Positions 47,520 to 56,279 of a stretch of DNA of 64,000 bases are shown here, piece after piece. Source of the stretch: Bdellovibrionales bacterium (GTDB lineage: Bacteria > Pseudomonadota > Alphaproteobacteria > UBA9219). Every line of letters begins with the position of its first letter. The first letter of the stretch is position 1. Location: NCBI GenBank assembly GCA_040275305.1, contig JBEOJY010000033.1, positions 17,955-81,954 of the forward strand, read 5' to 3'. The notes beneath the pieces are model-generated. The model saw nothing but the letters and a program-made list of their open reading frames with translations. It was not told where the DNA came from and made no database searches. A program made the position numbers and the translations under genes.

Positions 47520-48060
47520 ATTTTCTCCTGCAGAGGTTGCTCAGTTTACCGATGTTTCAACTGATCTACAACGCGATTGGCGGCGGCGAGGAATTATAGA
47601 TAATAATGATGGATTTGGTGTGGTTTCACTTAGAGAAGCAGTTAGCATTTTCCTTACAAAAATGCTTTCAACAAACGGGTTTGGCCCAATGCAAGCTGCA
47701 ATTTTCACCCGCAGCATTGTTGAGCAGGTTCTTGCAAGGACACTGAATAGGCTTGAAGTGTGGGATGGGGAGTGGGACAATGTGCCAATAAAATCTACTG
47801 ATTTAAGATTAACCGCATTGTTATCTCAATATATTAGATGTAGTTCACTCAATATTAAAGACTACTCTATTTTCTTGTATGATAGAACAATAAAAATTTC
47901 AAATAATATCTCGCAAGAGCTTGTGTCTATTCAGAATCATGCAAATGGTTTGTCTGCGCATCCGATAGTTATACTAGATCACGTTGGCATAGCTGACGAG
48001 TTGTTAAGACGACTTGGGAGTAGATATTTAGCAAGGTTTGTTTTTGAAAATTCTTCATAA
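47482..48060 (+). CDS. Hypothetical protein with an N-terminal MerR-like HTH
   Basis: FSPAEVAQFTDVSTDLQRDWRRRGII is a MerR-type HTH pattern. The C-terminal 130 aa lie in a low-GC segment (47760-48060). Confidence 0.4.
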   Translation: MGISMRFDVFPTTFSPAEVAQFTDVSTDLQRDWRRRGIIDNNDGFGVVSLREAVSIFLTKMLSTNGFGPMQAAIFTRSIVEQVLARTLNRLEVWDGEWDNVPIKSTDLRLTALLSQYIRCSSLNIKDYSIFLYDRTIKISNNISQELVSIQNHANGLSAHPIVILDHVGIADELLRRLGSRYLARFVFENSS

Positions 48061-48119
48061 GAAAAATACAAGCAAATTAGCGAACGCGACTAAAACTTCA
48101 GATACTTGGAGCCAATCGA

Positions 48120-48398
48120 ATGCCAGAATCTTTTCAACCCGCTTCGGCGGGAACGTTTAGCGCTTGCCTTCCGGCACCCTCCCACAAACCCCGCCTACGC
48201 CGTGCGGAAGTGCCCGGATATCTACTTAGCTATCACGGCATCCAAATTGCCGTAACAACGCTTGCAAAACTCGCGTCCATCGGTGGCGGGCCGCCGTTTT
48301 GCAAATTTGGCCGTCGTGTCCTTTATGAGCAGGACGCTTTAGATGCTTGGGTGCATCAAAAGCTTTCACTGCCCAGATTTAACACAAGCAAAACGTAA
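48120..48398 (+). CDS. alpA: AlpA/excisionase-like HTH_17 regulator
   Basis: [54 protein letters not shown] fits the AlpA-family pattern. The position between int and the primase is typical for a satellite regulator. Confidence 0.55.
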   Translation: MPESFQPASAGTFSACLPAPSHKPRLRRAEVPGYLLSYHGIQIAVTTLAKLASIGGGPPFCKFGRRVLYEQDALDAWVHQKLSLPRFNTSKT

Positions 48399-48420
48399 CA
48401 CTAAAAGAGGAGCGTTTACA

Positions 48421-48624
48421 ATGTCAGGAAACTATCTAGCCCCGACTGTTCTTGCCGCAATGAGCACACCACACCAGACGAGCGACATTATGCATGTGGT
48501 CGTATTTCATGATAATTGGTGCGGCGTTTACAAAAACAAGCCCTGCAACTGCAACCCTGACATCAAGATTCTGTCCGAGGCTGAATATCAGAAGCGCTTT
48601 GGAAAGCACCATCCTAAGCTTTAA
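48421..48624 (+). CDS. Small hypothetical Cys-rich protein (67 aa)
   Basis: An AAGAGGAG Shine-Dalgarno lies 9 nt before the ATG. The sequence contains HDNWCGVYKNKPCNCNP. Confidence 0.4.
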   Translation: MSGNYLAPTVLAAMSTPHQTSDIMHVVVFHDNWCGVYKNKPCNCNPDIKILSEAEYQKRFGKHHPKL

Positions 48625-48652
48625 TTTCCACTAACATCTAAGGAGAAGCTCT

Positions 48653-51373
48653 ATGTCTCAGATCGCCCGCAAGGCGGCAACGCCTATGCTTTGCCTGACG
48701 AAAATTACTTCGGACCAAACGCTTGCGAAAGAATTCACCTTGGGGCCGAATGGAATTCTGTCGAAAAAGTCATGCGGGCAGCTAGTTGAGGGGGCAGCCG
48801 ATAGGCTTGAAATCGCAAATTTAATTGAGTTTGCGGCTATTCTTAAAGAGCTAACATCCGAGCAAGCTCTGACGTTTGGAGTTACAAAATATCTGCGCGC
48901 GCGAGTAAGGCCTAAAAGTTGCCTTAGCTCTGCGAATAGCAATGAGGCTATCGTTGCAAGGACGCGCGAGCATTTCAGCTTTATGCCGCAGGCTGGCGTC
49001 ATGATGTTCGATTACGATCAGCAGCCGAAAGTGGATGTACTCGATTCGGATGAACTGCGTCGGCGCATTCTGCGTGCCGTTCCAGAACTAACATCCGCGC
49101 CGATGCTTTGGCGTCCTTCGGCGTCAAGCTATATCGAAACGGAGGATGGACGAACAATTCTAGGGTTGGGTGGGCAACGACTGTATGTATCCGTCGCAGA
49201 CGCCTCGAAAATCCCCTTTGCAGGCAGTGCTATAGTCACGAGGTTATGGGCTGCTGGGTTTGGGTACGTCAAAATAAGCGGCGCGGGGAAAACGTTGCTG
49301 CGAACGATTGTTGATGATTCCGTATGGCAACCTGAAAGGCTGGACTTCGCGGGAGTGCCTAAGTTGGGGCAGGGCTTGCGGCGCAGCAACTTTGCGGAAA
49401 AATTTTGGAACAAATCCTCAGAACCGTTCGACTTATCTACAATCCAGCTTTCTGATGAAACGGAAAGCGAAGCTGAGAAGGCAAAAAATGCCGCAAAATC
49501 AGCCGCAGCGCCGGAATGCGCGCGCGTCCGCGGGGAGTGGATCGAAAAACAAGCGCAGCAAATTATGAATAAAGCTTCTATTTCTTACGAAGAGGCGCGG
49601 AAACAAGCCGAGCAAGCTGCGGAACAAAATACTCTAGGCCCTGACTTCATCCTACATACTCAGGACGGGAACAAGGTTTGCGTCCGTGAGTTGCTTGACA
49701 ATCCAGACCAATGGCATGAGACCCGCTTCGCCGATCCGTTTGAACCCAGCTACACTAATGATTCCCGCATCGCAGTTGCCTATCTGAAATGCTCCAAGCC
49801 CTGCATTTTCAGCCATGCGCACGGCGGCATCACCTATCATCTTTCTCGGGGGAAGCGTAGAGTTCAAATCGCAGAGGGACAACGCGCGCACGCCGTCGAT
49901 GAAGTTCTGCAAAGACTGCGAGAAAATGTAGAATTATACGACTACGGCTCAAGCGTTGCGCGTGTTGCTGGCGGGAAAATGGAAATCGTTACGCCTCCAT
50001 GGCTGGAAGACCATCTTTCACGGCGATTTGAATTTTTCAGCACGGCCAGAAGAAAGAATGGCGAGATTTATGAAAAATCCATCAATCCGCCGCAAAAAAT
50101 TGTCGAAGCGATTCTCGCGAAAGATGGGGAGAGGCAATTCCCCCGCCTGACTGCCGTGATTACCGCGCCGACGATGTGGGTGGACGGTGCAGTGCTTGAT
50201 CGCGAAGGGTATGACGCGCAAACAGGCCAGTTGCTTGTGAGAACAGGCGAGGATTTTTTCGCCGAAATCCCGCACACACCTTCGGTCGATCAAGCTATCG
50301 CGGCGCTTCGCAAACTTTGGGAGCCAATTAGCAAATTTCCGTTTGTCTGGGACGTTGATCGCGCCGTTGCGCTTGCGGCCTTGCTATCCACCTGCGTGCG
50401 GCCTGCGCTTCCGACTTGTCCGGGGTTTGCATTTGATGCGCCAGCGGCTGGGACTGGCAAAACTCTTTTGGCAAAGGTTGTCGGCGCGCTGGGAACAGGG
50501 AGAGAGCCGGATATTTTGCCTCCGGCGAGCGATCGCGATGATAGTGAAGCGCGGAAGCGGTTATTCGCGGCTCTTCGTGAAGGTCGTTCCGTCATTCTTT
50601 GGGACAACGTGAGTGGCAAGCTTGGCTTCCCAGCGTTGGACGCTTTTTTGACTGCGAAGGACTTTGCCGACCGGATACTTGGCGTCTCGCGTGTTGAAGC
50701 GCTTCCCAATCGTGCGCTGTTTCTGACTACCGGGAACAATTTGCGGATCGTTGGCGACACTTGCCGTCGCATCCTTGTGTCGCGGCTGGACGCGCGGGTT
50801 GAGCAACCCTACGCCCGAAAATTTGACTTTTGCCCTTTGGGCTATGCGCTGGAAAATCGGCAGGAACTTGTCGCGGCGGCGCTGACTTTCATTCGCGCCT
50901 GGTTCGCTTCTGGCGCGCCACATAGCGCACAGGGAAGCACAGCGTCTTTTGAAGACTGGGATCGCCTTGTCCGCCAGCCTATCGTTTGGATTGCGCAGCA
51001 TGTGCGGGACTGGCTACCGCTTGCCGATCCGTTAGAGGCTGTCAATCGTGCCTATCAAGGCGATGAAGAAATGGCGAAGTTGGAGGCGCTTGGAGCGGCC
51101 TGGTATGATGTTTTCAAGGAAGAATCTGCGACGCTAACCGAGGCCGAGCAGAAAACACGTTACTCCTGCGGTGATAAAAGCAAGCTGGAATCAAACTTGC
51201 GCGCGGCAATGCTTGCGATTGCGGGAGCGAATGGCTACGACGACCGGATCAATTCACGTATTCTTGGACATTTTTTGTGCGCCAATCGTGAGAGGCGTAC
51301 AGAACTCTTCCATTTCCTGCAAGACGGGAGAACCCACGGGCGGACGCGCTGGCGGGTGGTGGCTGACATTTAA
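48653..51373 (+). CDS. Large replication protein (primase/helicase-like P-loop NTPase) of the island
   Basis: A 906-aa protein with an AAGGAG Shine-Dalgarno. The Walker A motif FDAPAAGTGKTLLAKVV lies in the C-terminal third. Its size and its position after alpA are typical of P4-alpha or PICI Pri-Rep-type proteins. Confidence 0.55.
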   Translation: MSQIARKAATPMLCLTKITSDQTLAKEFTLGPNGILSKKSCGQLVEGAADRLEIANLIEFAAILKELTSEQALTFGVTKYLRARVRPKSCLSSANSNEAIVARTREHFSFMPQAGVMMFDYDQQPKVDVLDSDELRRRILRAVPELTSAPMLWRPSASSYIETEDGRTILGLGGQRLYVSVADASKIPFAGSAIVTRLWAAGFGYVKISGAGKTLLRTIVDDSVWQPERLDFAGVPKLGQGLRRSNFAEKFWNKSSEPFDLSTIQLSDETESEAEKAKNAAKSAAAPECARVRGEWIEKQAQQIMNKASISYEEARKQAEQAAEQNTLGPDFILHTQDGNKVCVRELLDNPDQWHETRFADPFEPSYTNDSRIAVAYLKCSKPCIFSHAHGGITYHLSRGKRRVQIAEGQRAHAVDEVLQRLRENVELYDYGSSVARVAGGKMEIVTPPWLEDHLSRRFEFFSTARRKNGEIYEKSINPPQKIVEAILAKDGERQFPRLTAVITAPTMWVDGAVLDREGYDAQTGQLLVRTGEDFFAEIPHTPSVDQAIAALRKLWEPISKFPFVWDVDRAVALAALLSTCVRPALPTCPGFAFDAPAAGTGKTLLAKVVGALGTGREPDILPPASDRDDSEARKRLFAALREGRSVILWDNVSGKLGFPALDAFLTAKDFADRILGVSRVEALPNRALFLTTGNNLRIVGDTCRRILVSRLDARVEQPYARKFDFCPLGYALENRQELVAAALTFIRAWFASGAPHSAQGSTASFEDWDRLVRQPIVWIAQHVRDWLPLADPLEAVNRAYQGDEEMAKLEALGAAWYDVFKEESATLTEAEQKTRYSCGDKSKLESNLRAAMLAIAGANGYDDRINSRILGHFLCANRERRTELFHFLQDGRTHGRTRWRVVADI

Positions 51374-51378
51374 CTCCT

Positions 51379-51607
51379 TTCGGGGTGAAAGGGTGATTTG
51401 ATTCCGGCCCTACAGCTCCGAGGCGCTACAGCGTGAAGCGCGGTGTGAGTTCCTATATCAGGAAGAAGAGGTATTCTCTCTTTATCTCTTTGTAAAATCT
51501 ATCTTTCTTCTCTAATGCAAAATGATTATGCATAGTATTAATCGTCCGCTTGGTGTTAGTCAGGTGAACTAAGCCGTAGGGCCGGAATCAAATCACCCTT
51601 TCACCCC
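51379..51607. repeat. 33-bp perfect inverted repeat flanking an AT-rich, CT-tract-rich spacer, a candidate ori/pac of the island
   Basis: CGGGGTGAAAGGGTGATTTGATTCCGGCCCTAC (51379-51411) and its exact reverse complement (51575-51607). The spacer contains TCTCTTTATCTCTTTG and TCTTTCTTCTCT. Confidence 0.55.
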
Positions 51608-51739
51608 GATCCAAATTAAATTGGTTTTCCACATTTATCATTCTTACTTTAGATTTCTTATTGTTACCTGATTTAGTCAAGTTTGTAGTTTTTTACACTT
51701 TTTTCGGGGTGATTGCGGGGTGATCACTTTGCTTCACGT

Positions 51740-52324
51740 TCATTCTCTCGCTTTAGCGTACATCATCCCCCAATCGCTTACTGCTCGGTCTATTAGCAGT
51801 CTGCTTTTTTCGTGCATATATTCTACAAACCGATCCCCCATAGTGAACGGTGGGGATATATCCCCAACTACTATCTTCGGGCCTATATCGTACTCGCCAT
51901 GTGACGTGACTACTTTCGTATCTTTATGATCTGTAATTTCGACTACTAAATCTGTTTTGCATACTGCATGGGGAGCTAACCAGCTATCAGCTCCGCAATA
52001 TGAGCTAAATTGGGATAATTTTATTCGTTTAATTATTGCGTTGTTCGGAATAGCAGCAGCAACGCGAGCAATTAGGTAATCGCCAACAGGTATTGTGTGG
52101 TAATCCTGTCCTGTTCTGGTTGGATATTTTATTGCCGCAAGTCGAAAACTTTCTGAATCTGTTTTTGACAAGAATGGATTATCTTTTACTTCTGCAATAA
52201 AGTTTGTGACTCCTACGGGCGGATATGTAACTGGCGCGTATCCGCCGCATGAAGTTAATGATAGTAATAGGAGATGGGGTAAAGTGGAGAAGCGAAACTT
52301 TGATTGTGTTGAGCCTTTTATCAT
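51740..52324 (-). CDS. Hypothetical lipoprotein in an AT-rich segment of the island
   Basis: Has the lipobox LLLSLTSCGG. Confidence 0.4.
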   Translation of the reverse strand: MIKGSTQSKFRFSTLPHLLLLSLTSCGGYAPVTYPPVGVTNFIAEVKDNPFLSKTDSESFRLAAIKYPTRTGQDYHTIPVGDYLIARVAAAIPNNAIIKRIKLSQFSSYCGADSWLAPHAVCKTDLVVEITDHKDTKVVTSHGEYDIGPKIVVGDISPPFTMGDRFVEYMHEKSRLLIDRAVSDWGMMYAKARE

Positions 52325-52553
52325 ATCTTCTCCTTGTCGCACTTAGTGGTAAACATTTCAACTACCTGTCACTTGAGTCAATCCCTGACATTACAGCCAA
52401 TTCATGAAAAAATATACAGTGCAACCACAAAAACAATTTCATAATTAATGATTAGCGATGATTAGTAAGAAATATACATTAACATACAATTTTATTTTTG
52501 CTTTAGCAATCACTATACTATGCTGAAATAAACTTTCTTTTTGGCCATACTGC

Positions 52554-53765
52554 ATGTTCAAGGCTTTCAGCCGCATTCTTCAGCGAGAGTCCAAGTCGGC
52601 GTTGTCTTCTTTTTTTGCGCCGATTTTCGGCGTTCCTTCATCGGCTTCCGGCGTTGCGGTGACGGCTGAAACGGCGCTGCGCAATTCGACGGTTTACGGG
52701 TGTGTGAAGGTTATATCCGAAGCCGTTGCGCAGCTTCCTTTGCGCCTTTACCGGAGGCTTCCCGACGGCGGGAAAGAACGCGCTACCGATCATCCGCTCG
52801 ACTCCCTACTAAACGAGCAGCCGAATGACTGGACATCCGCTTTTGATTTCAGATTGTTCATGCAGTCGTCGCTATGCCTGCATGGGAATGCCTTCGCATT
52901 TGTGAACAGGCTGGGCGGCAAAGTCGTGGAGCTGATTTCTATTCCGCCTTCCTGCGTCACGGTCGAAGTTGATCCGGTTACGATGGAGCCTGCTTATCGC
53001 GTCGCTTCGGCCAACGGAGAAAATCGTATTTATGGGCGACAGGAAATCCTTCACCTCAAAACGTTAGGCACGTTGCCGCAAATCGGCAAATCGCCTGTCG
53101 CGCTTATGAGCGAGGCTATCGGCGTTGCGATGGCTATGGAAGAACACGCCGCGCGCATTTTTTCTTCTGGGGCTAGGCCCGGCGGCGTTCTCAAATACGG
53201 AAAAACACTAACGGACAATGCTCTTAAGCAGTTGCGAGTAAGCCTTGAAACAGCGCATGTCGGTGGCGGCAACGCCGGGCGGACGATGATTCTCGAAGAC
53301 GGAATGACATTCGAGCCGCTTCAGTTTTCAAGTGTGGATATTCAATTTCTCGAAATGCGCAGGCATCAGGTCGCTGAAATTGCGCGAGCCTTCCGCGTTC
53401 CCCTCCATATGTTGCAAGACCTCGAACGAACCACGCATAGCAACGCCGAAAGCCTTGGACAGCAATTCTTATCCCTAACCCTGTTGCCTTGGCTGAAATG
53501 TTGGGAAGGCGGCATTCGCTCTTCGTTGCTGTCTCCCGAAGAGAGAGGTGTTTATTACGCGGAGTTCCTTACAGACGACCTAGCCCGCGCCGATCTTGCT
53601 GCACGTTTCGACGCCTACACCAAAGCGGTAACGAACGGGATTCTTTCCCCGAACGAGGTGCGCACTGCAGAAAATCGTACTCCTTATCTTGGTGGGGATC
53701 AATTCAGGCTTCCGCTGAATACGACACCCGCTGGAAAGGGGGGCGTTGCGCATGAATCGCTATAA
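52554..53765 (+). CDS. Phage portal protein, HK97 family
   Basis: The 403-aa protein has the HK97-type portal length and composition, with a conserved central core. Confidence 0.8.
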   Translation: MFKAFSRILQRESKSALSSFFAPIFGVPSSASGVAVTAETALRNSTVYGCVKVISEAVAQLPLRLYRRLPDGGKERATDHPLDSLLNEQPNDWTSAFDFRLFMQSSLCLHGNAFAFVNRLGGKVVELISIPPSCVTVEVDPVTMEPAYRVASANGENRIYGRQEILHLKTLGTLPQIGKSPVALMSEAIGVAMAMEEHAARIFSSGARPGGVLKYGKTLTDNALKQLRVSLETAHVGGGNAGRTMILEDGMTFEPLQFSSVDIQFLEMRRHQVAEIARAFRVPLHMLQDLERTTHSNAESLGQQFLSLTLLPWLKCWEGGIRSSLLSPEERGVYYAEFLTDDLARADLAARFDAYTKAVTNGILSPNEVRTAENRTPYLGGDQFRLPLNTTPAGKGGVAHESL

Positions 53766-55419
53766 CGTTAAAGCGCAACTCTCCGCGCATGAATCTGGCG
53801 TTTTTGCTGGATATGCCAGCGTGTTTGATGGTGAACCTGACAGTTACGGGGATGTCATTGCTCCGGGAGCTTTCGCGAAAAGTCTTGCTTCACACAGGTG
53901 CAAGGGAACCTTGCCAGTCTTACTGTGGCAACATGACCCAGGAGAGCCGATAGGTGTTTGGCTTGATCTCCGCGAAGATGTAACGGGGCTTTCCGTTACG
54001 GGCCGCCTCGTTCTTGAAACGCAGCGTGGGCGCGAAGCCTATGCGCTTTTGAAAGCCGGGGCCTTGAACGGCCTTTCGATTGGCTACCGCACACGTGCTT
54101 CTGAACGTCGAGCGGGCGGCGCACGGGTTTTGCAGGAACTTGAACTGATCGAAATATCACTTGTAACACTCCCGGCAGCATCAAAAGCGAGGGTTACAAG
54201 TATTAAGGCGGCTTCAGCCGTTTCACCCGCCGCCGATGAAGCGGCCAACAAGAGGAGGCAACCCATGGCCATAGCATTTAAGGCTCCAACAGTTCAAAAT
54301 GAAGAGGGGAAAGACCTTGAACCGCGTATTCTTTCTCTCGAAGAATCAGTCGTGAACATCGACACGCGCCTGAAGGCCGTTGAAGAAGGTGTTGGCAAAG
54401 TTGCCAAGTCAGCCGACCGCATTGAACAGAAGCTCAATCGACCGGGTTTCACGCCGGAGATACACCACTCTACCGAGAAATGCGAAAACAAAGCCTTCGC
54501 AGATTTTTTGCGGCGCGGAAGGGAAGCTTTACAGGTTGATGAAGTCAAGGCTTTGGTTGTTTCCCCGGATACGGCGGGAGGATATCTTGCTCCAAGCGAA
54601 TTTGTCGCGCAAGTTATCAAGGGGATTATTTCAGTTTCTCCCGTCAGACGAGCCGCGAAAGTAGGTACAACATCTTTAGGTGCTGTGACTTTGCCGAGAC
54701 GAACCGCTACGCCGACCGCGTCATGGGTTGGGGAGCTCACTGCGCGAAGTGGCACTGGCTCGACTTATGGACAGGCCGAGATTCAAGTTCATGAAATGGC
54801 TTGTTATGTGGATGTCTCCCTGCGGTTGCTTGAAGACGCAGCTGTCAATGTGGAAGCAGAAGTCGCTTCCGATCTTGCAGAAGAATTTGGCCGTCTCGAA
54901 GGAGCCTCATTCGTTTCCGGCAGTGGTATGAACCAGCCGTTTGGCATTTGTTCTGATGCCAATGTGAATTATACGCCGACAGGTAATGCGTCCGGGCTTC
55001 CTTCGTCCAATCCCGCTGATCCACTTATCTCTCTGATATACCTTCTGCCAGAGTTTTACCGAAACTCTGGCGTATGGATGATGAACGGTACAACGCTTGC
55101 AGCTTTGCGCAAGATAAAGACTGGTGATGGTCATTATCTTTGGCAACCGTCTTTTCAGGTAGGCCAACCAGAGACCCTGCTTGGGCGTCCGGTGATTGAA
55201 GCACCTGATATGCCGAATTTCGGTGCTGGCACCACACCGATCATCTTCGGAGATTTTTCCCGTGCTTATCGTATTTTCGATCACAAAAGCGTTTCGCTTT
55301 TGCGCGATCCATACAGTCAGGCCGCAAGCGGACTTGTGCGTTTTCATGCGCGAAGACGCGTTGGCGCTGCCGTGGTTTTGCCTGAAGCGATACGCAAGCT
55401 TAAATGCGCAACATCATAG
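53746..55419 (+). CDS. Fusion of an HK97-family prohead protease and a major capsid protein
   Basis: The N-terminal 170 aa or so form an S78-type protease (GYASVFDGEPDSYGDVIAPGAF...GLSIGY). The C-terminal 330 aa or so form an HK97-fold capsid protein (SGSGMNQPFGI..., with a coiled linker). Confidence 0.8.
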   Translation: MRMNRYNVKAQLSAHESGVFAGYASVFDGEPDSYGDVIAPGAFAKSLASHRCKGTLPVLLWQHDPGEPIGVWLDLREDVTGLSVTGRLVLETQRGREAYALLKAGALNGLSIGYRTRASERRAGGARVLQELELIEISLVTLPAASKARVTSIKAASAVSPAADEAANKRRQPMAIAFKAPTVQNEEGKDLEPRILSLEESVVNIDTRLKAVEEGVGKVAKSADRIEQKLNRPGFTPEIHHSTEKCENKAFADFLRRGREALQVDEVKALVVSPDTAGGYLAPSEFVAQVIKGIISVSPVRRAAKVGTTSLGAVTLPRRTATPTASWVGELTARSGTGSTYGQAEIQVHEMACYVDVSLRLLEDAAVNVEAEVASDLAEEFGRLEGASFVSGSGMNQPFGICSDANVNYTPTGNASGLPSSNPADPLISLIYLLPEFYRNSGVWMMNGTTLAALRKIKTGDGHYLWQPSFQVGQPETLLGRPVIEAPDMPNFGAGTTPIIFGDFSRAYRIFDHKSVSLLRDPYSQAASGLVRFHARRRVGAAVVLPEAIRKLKCATS

Positions 55420-55754
55420 ATCGCATAATGCCATGGTCGATTCCTAGACATTGCCCTGCGGGACATCCTCCTTTCACTGGGATGCGCTGTCCTGCCTGCG
55501 CCACGGTCAGAGATAAAAATAGGCCTAATGCTAGGCAGCGTGGCTATACGAAGCAGTGGCAATGCGAAGCGAAGTCCTTCCTTGGCACACATTCTTTTTG
55601 CCGCGCTTGCGGTGCGCGGGCCGCTGTCGTGGATCATGTTATCCCTCACAAGGGTAACATGGACTTGTTTTGGGATCGCACGAATTGGCAACCGCTTTGT
55701 GCGACTTGCCACAATCGTAAAACAGTTTCTCAAGATGGTGGTTTCGGAAGGTGA
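55404..55754 (+). CDS. HNH endonuclease
   Basis: The Cys/His pattern CPACA...CRACG...DHVIPH...CATCHNRK matches HNH. Confidence 0.7.
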   Translation: MRNIIDRIMPWSIPRHCPAGHPPFTGMRCPACATVRDKNRPNARQRGYTKQWQCEAKSFLGTHSFCRACGARAAVVDHVIPHKGNMDLFWDRTNWQPLCATCHNRKTVSQDGGFGR

Positions 55755-55868
55755 ATGAGTCGTTCAGAAGGAGGGAGGGGGGGGGGGGGATTGAAAATTT
55801 CTTCTGACAAAGATCGGTACCGTATGGGAGGTCTTGCGCACGTTTTTTGGGAAATTGGAGTTTTTTAA

Positions 55869-56279
55869 ATGAAGGGGCGTAAACCTAATCTTGTAGCTTT
55901 AGTTAACCCTGCGTCTTCTGAGACATTCAACGCTGCCCCTTTATGGCTTACGCGGCAAGCGAGAGAGGAATGGGAGCGCGTCGCGCCCTGCTTACGCAAT
56001 CGCAACCTTTTCACTGCGGATACGGTGGCAATGCTCGAACATTATTGCCTCGCGGTCGGACAAATCCGAGAAACTGAGGCGCTTATGCGCAGGGACGGGC
56101 GCTTGATAGTGACGACGAAAGGTACAATCCCTCATCCGGCCTTTCGTGTGCAATGCGCTGCCATGCGCGAAGCCCGCTTGTTGGCCGCCGAGCTTGGTCT
56201 TTCACCTCATCGCAGCGCCATCCATGGGCCTAAGGGATCGAACAAAGATGACGCATGGGACACCGATCTTCTCGCCTGA
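55869..56279 (+). CDS. Terminase small subunit, P27 family
   Basis: A 136-aa protein. EHYCLAVGQIRETEALMRRDGRLI is typical of P27 TerS. Confidence 0.7.
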   Translation: MKGRKPNLVALVNPASSETFNAAPLWLTRQAREEWERVAPCLRNRNLFTADTVAMLEHYCLAVGQIRETEALMRRDGRLIVTTKGTIPHPAFRVQCAAMREARLLAAELGLSPHRSAIHGPKGSNKDDAWDTDLLA

